This document shows positions 15,398-18,566 of a stretch of 18,566 nt of DNA, one piece after another; position 1 is the first letter of the stretch; every line of letters starts with the position of its first letter. A program made the translations under genes and the position numbers. This DNA comes from Pseudomonadota bacterium (GTDB lineage: Bacteria; Bdellovibrionota; FAC87; UBA2466): positions 1-18,566 of the forward strand of contig JAYUGC010000010.1 of the NCBI GenBank assembly GCA_043767805.1. Reading direction: 5' to 3'. Below the pieces are notes generated by a model. That model did no database searches, was not told the DNA's origin, and saw nothing but the letters and a program-made list of their open reading frames with translations.

Positions 15398-18210
15398 AAC
15401 GCTTCAACATGGGCATTTTGGGAGCCGCTTTCCTCATCGGACTGGCGGCATTTGGGAGCAACAACGAGTTGATCAAGGACGTGGAGGGACTTCGTAACTC
15501 CCTTCCCGCGAAAGATCCTTCTCGGCAGTCTCTCACCCTTCGTCTCGCCGACCTTTATTTCGATAAGTCGGCCGAGCTGGGTGGCAATCCGGGAGCTTCC
15601 TCCCAGATTCTCAGCCAGCTAAGCGATGCCCGTAAGAGAGCCGTCCTCCTTTATAACGAAGCGCTTAAAGGCACGGAATACACGCCGGCCATCAGCGGCG
15701 ACGTCGCTCTCAAAGTAAAGTTCCAGTTGGCCCGTCTCTATTCCGACCAAGGCTCGACCGCGCAAGCGAACGTGCTCTGGAAAGAGCTCGTCGAGCAAAA
15801 GAGCATCAATAAGCTCCGTCAGGAAGCTTCGCTCCGCTTGGCTGAGTTCTACGATGCCGGCAATCAGATCGCCGAATCGGACAAGTACTACGTCCTCGCC
15901 CACGAGCTTTGCGCCGGTGGCGACATCTGCTCTTACATTCAGTACCGCCGCGCCTGGCTGCTCCGTAATTCCGGCAATCTCGACGCCGGTATCGAAGCCA
16001 TGCACAAAGCCCTCTACGATTCCAAAGGCCGCGTCCGCGAGGAAGCCCTCCGTGATCTCGTGGTCTTCATGGCGAACCGCAAGGACGACGGCACGAAAGC
16101 CCTTCCCGAAGTGGAAGAGCTCTCGACGAAGCTCCAGCGCCCCAACCTCATGAAAGATCTTTCGGACGCGTTTTTCGCGGCCGGTAACCGCAAAGCGGGC
16201 GCCCACGTGCTCGCGTACTTGAACGCGAAACAGCCTACCCTCGACGCGCAAGTGCGGCTCCTCGAAGAATTTTACGGCTCTCGTGAGTGGGACAAGTACC
16301 GCAACATGGTCGACGCGGTGAAGATGTCTCCCGGACCCGCGAGCCCGGAAGAAAAAGACCGCACCAACCGCCAGAACACCATGAAGCGGTTGCTCGTGCA
16401 GCTCGACGGCGAACGCCAGACGAAGAAAGAAGCTAAACCCGACTTCCAGGCCGCGGTTGAGCTCTATCTCGTTCAGTTCCCCGCGACCCCCGACACTTTG
16501 AAGATGATGGAAGGCTGGCTCGCTTCCGAAAACGACACCGCGAAGAAACTCGAACAGCTTCAGACCTGGGTCGCCAATCCCATCTACAATCTTTCCGCCG
16601 CCGATAAGAAGAAGCTCGAGACGATGACCGAGCAGACCAACGTGAAGCTCCATCGTGAGCGAGCGGTCACCGCCCAAAAGGGCAACGACTACGACGGCAT
16701 CATCACGGAAGCCGGCACGCTCTTGAAACTCGAGAAGTCGCCCGAAGCGCAGCGCGAATTGCAGTATCAGATCGCCCGCTCGCTCTATTCTCAGAAAAAG
16801 CTGGCGGAAGCGCTTCCGGCTTTCCAAGCTTTGGCGAAGACCACGGGCAAGCCCGATAAATGGTCGGTGCAGAGTCAGCAGATTGCGCTCTCCATTCTCG
16901 GTAACGACAAAAAGTACGCCGAAGTGGTCGCCCAGGCCGACACGTGGCTGACCAATCCGGCCGTCACCAAATCCATGGCTTCCGACAAGGACACGTCGAA
17001 AGATCTAGAAGAGATCAAGAAGCTCCGCCACGAAGCGGACTTCCAGCAAGCGGTCGCCGCGGGCCAGACGCCTCAAGCGCTCGCTCTCTTCGAAGGCTTC
17101 TGCGACAAGGGCGAGTTCCTTCCCCAGTCTTGCGAGAACGCGAAGATTCTCGCGGTTCAGCTGAAAAAGCAGGGAAGCCTTATCAAGGTTCTCGGCAAAC
17201 TCAATGCGAACACCGAGCTCGCGGCGGAGTATGAAGCGGCCGGCTACTTCAATGAAGCGGGCAAGCTCATGGAGCAGCAGGACATCAACGCCAAGGGCAA
17301 GAATCCCGAGACGAAGACGTACCTCAAAGTCGCGCTCATGTACGAGCTCGGCGGACAGCTCCTCGAGAGAAACCGCGTCTTGAACGATCTCATCGCGAAA
17401 CTCAAAACCAAGAAGTCCCTGGGCGAAGAAGAGCCGCTCCTCTTTAAGACCTTTAAAGACGCCGGCCTCTTGAACGCGTCGACAACCTCTCTCGCTTGGT
17501 CCCCCACGTTCCGCACCCGCGTCTCCGCTTACTTGGAAGACATGGGCCAAGGCACGAAGGACACGAAGAAGGATCTTCTCGCGTCTGAGACGTATCTCGG
17601 CAAGGCCTGGTCCAAAGCGGTCATGGAACAGCTTCAGGATCTCGACAAAAAACAACGCGCCATCCACTTCTACGGCCGGGCGAGCCAGTCTCGCTTCGAT
17701 CAAAGAATGAAAGCGTTGAAGGCTCTAACCACCACCGCGGACAAGTACCTTCCCGGCGCTCCCGCGGAAACGCGCGTCGAGATGGCGAATCTTCTCGCGA
17801 AAAGCCACGCGGATCTCGCGACTCAAATTCTCGAAACGCCCATCCCGAAAGAGCTCGAAGGAGCCGCGGTGGACGAAGTGAAGAACGCTCTCGTCAGCAT
17901 GGCGAAGCCCTTCCAGGAAAAAGGCGCGGAATATCAGACGCTCTCGACCGAGCAAGCGGCCAAAGCGGCGGCTCCGGTGGCGGCAGCCGAAACCACTCCG
18001 GTGGGGCCTCAGAAGGCTACGGGCGGCGCGGCCACGGGCGCTCCCAAAGTCGACGTGAAGACGCTGATTGCGAACCTTCATGACGATCCGACGAGCCGGC
18101 CTTCGCTCGAAGGCGCGAAACAGTTTTACACTGAAAACGGAAACGAGCGGCTCGCCGCTTATTTCCAAGGACGTCTGCTGCAGTTAGGGCAGAAAGAGGA
18201 GGGGACATGA
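15394..18210 (+). CDS. Large exported TPR-repeat protein (GltD/AgmU-like by context)
   Basis: N-terminal hydrophobic signal; helical TPR-like segments (LRLADLYFD, FQLARLYSDQG, YRRAWLLRNSG, YQIARSLYSQKK); ATGA overlaps with both neighbours. Confidence 0.75.
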   Translation: MKRFNMGILGAAFLIGLAAFGSNNELIKDVEGLRNSLPAKDPSRQSLTLRLADLYFDKSAELGGNPGASSQILSQLSDARKRAVLLYNEALKGTEYTPAISGDVALKVKFQLARLYSDQGSTAQANVLWKELVEQKSINKLRQEASLRLAEFYDAGNQIAESDKYYVLAHELCAGGDICSYIQYRRAWLLRNSGNLDAGIEAMHKALYDSKGRVREEALRDLVVFMANRKDDGTKALPEVEELSTKLQRPNLMKDLSDAFFAAGNRKAGAHVLAYLNAKQPTLDAQVRLLEEFYGSREWDKYRNMVDAVKMSPGPASPEEKDRTNRQNTMKRLLVQLDGERQTKKEAKPDFQAAVELYLVQFPATPDTLKMMEGWLASENDTAKKLEQLQTWVANPIYNLSAADKKKLETMTEQTNVKLHRERAVTAQKGNDYDGIITEAGTLLKLEKSPEAQRELQYQIARSLYSQKKLAEALPAFQALAKTTGKPDKWSVQSQQIALSILGNDKKYAEVVAQADTWLTNPAVTKSMASDKDTSKDLEEIKKLRHEADFQQAVAAGQTPQALALFEGFCDKGEFLPQSCENAKILAVQLKKQGSLIKVLGKLNANTELAAEYEAAGYFNEAGKLMEQQDINAKGKNPETKTYLKVALMYELGGQLLERNRVLNDLIAKLKTKKSLGEEEPLLFKTFKDAGLLNASTTSLAWSPTFRTRVSAYLEDMGQGTKDTKKDLLASETYLGKAWSKAVMEQLQDLDKKQRAIHFYGRASQSRFDQRMKALKALTTTADKYLPGAPAETRVEMANLLAKSHADLATQILETPIPKELEGAAVDEVKNALVSMAKPFQEKGAEYQTLSTEQAAKAAAPVAAAETTPVGPQKATGGAATGAPKVDVKTLIANLHDDPTSRPSLEGAKQFYTENGNERLAAYFQGRLLQLGQKEEGT

Positions 18211-18479
18211 ACAAAGTACTCGCTACGTTGTTGTTGGGTCTCGTGATTTCTGGCACCGGCTTCTCCGAAGAAGCGCAGAAGGACGCCGAGGGTAAGGGCG
18301 TTCGGTACCGCAAAGGTAAAGACGTCAATTTCGAAGAATTGCTCATTCAAGGTCAGTTGAAGCGCCCCGAGATAACGGTTGTTACCGGAAATGTCGGCGA
18401 AGGCGATGACGGACTGCTCCGGCTCCGTGAGAATTTCATGGATCGGATCGCGGAAGATGTCGGAGAGGAAATCCCATGA
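18207..18479 (+). CDS. Small secreted protein resembling gliding protein CglF/GltF
   Basis: Signal peptide, then VRYRKGKDVNFEELLIQGQLKRPE...LLRLRENF, which matches the pattern I recall for CglF/GltF (F..I.G.L.[KR]PE...L...R.NF); strong SD GGAGGGG. Confidence 0.7.
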   Translation: MNKVLATLLLGLVISGTGFSEEAQKDAEGKGVRYRKGKDVNFEELLIQGQLKRPEITVVTGNVGEGDDGLLRLRENFMDRIAEDVGEEIP

Positions 18480-18566
18480 TCGCGGTTGCAACGGAAAACG
18501 GTTCCCTACTCAGAGTCTTGGCTCAATCGCCGGAAGCTTTGGGGAACGGCCCCCTCTCTACCTTCG
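18476..18566 (+). CDS. 5' end of the next operon gene (MIAVATENGSLLRVLAQ...), truncated; GltG-like by position only
   Basis: ATGA overlap with the upstream stop, SD GGAGAGG, open to the window end. Confidence 0.6.
   Translation, partial: MIAVATENGSLLRVLAQSPEALGNGPLSTF

Overview
GC-rich bacterial chromosomal window; the gene content (Agl/Glt-type gliding cluster, long LptC with no separate lptA) suggests a Bdellovibrionota/deltaproteobacterial lineage (inference). In order: (1) a + strand lptC(-lptA-like fusion)-lptB-rpoN-hpf operon; (2) a convergent - strand leuS-lptE-holA run followed by a GT-C-like polytopic membrane protein and an unannotated 25-aa hydrophobic peptide; (3) a + strand thiolase, an unannotated 91-codon frame, a GT4 glycosyltransferase and a Nudix hydrolase; (4) a secreted hypothetical protein; (5) a TolQ/ExbB-ExbD-ExbD (AglRQS-like) motor operon with a large TPR protein and a CglF/GltF-like protein, running off the window end. 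The most notable signals missing from the ORF track are: a ~176-nt rod-like inverted repeat with a perfect 24-bp outer stem starting at the holA stop codon (5266-5441); a small membrane-peptide ORF whose Shine-Dalgarno can be sequestered (3778-3885); a gap-filling ORF with only an ATT start (10745-11020); and a sigma54 site back-to-back with the promoter of the rpoN operon. I found no CRISPR array, tRNA/rRNA, transposase, integrase or reverse transcriptase.
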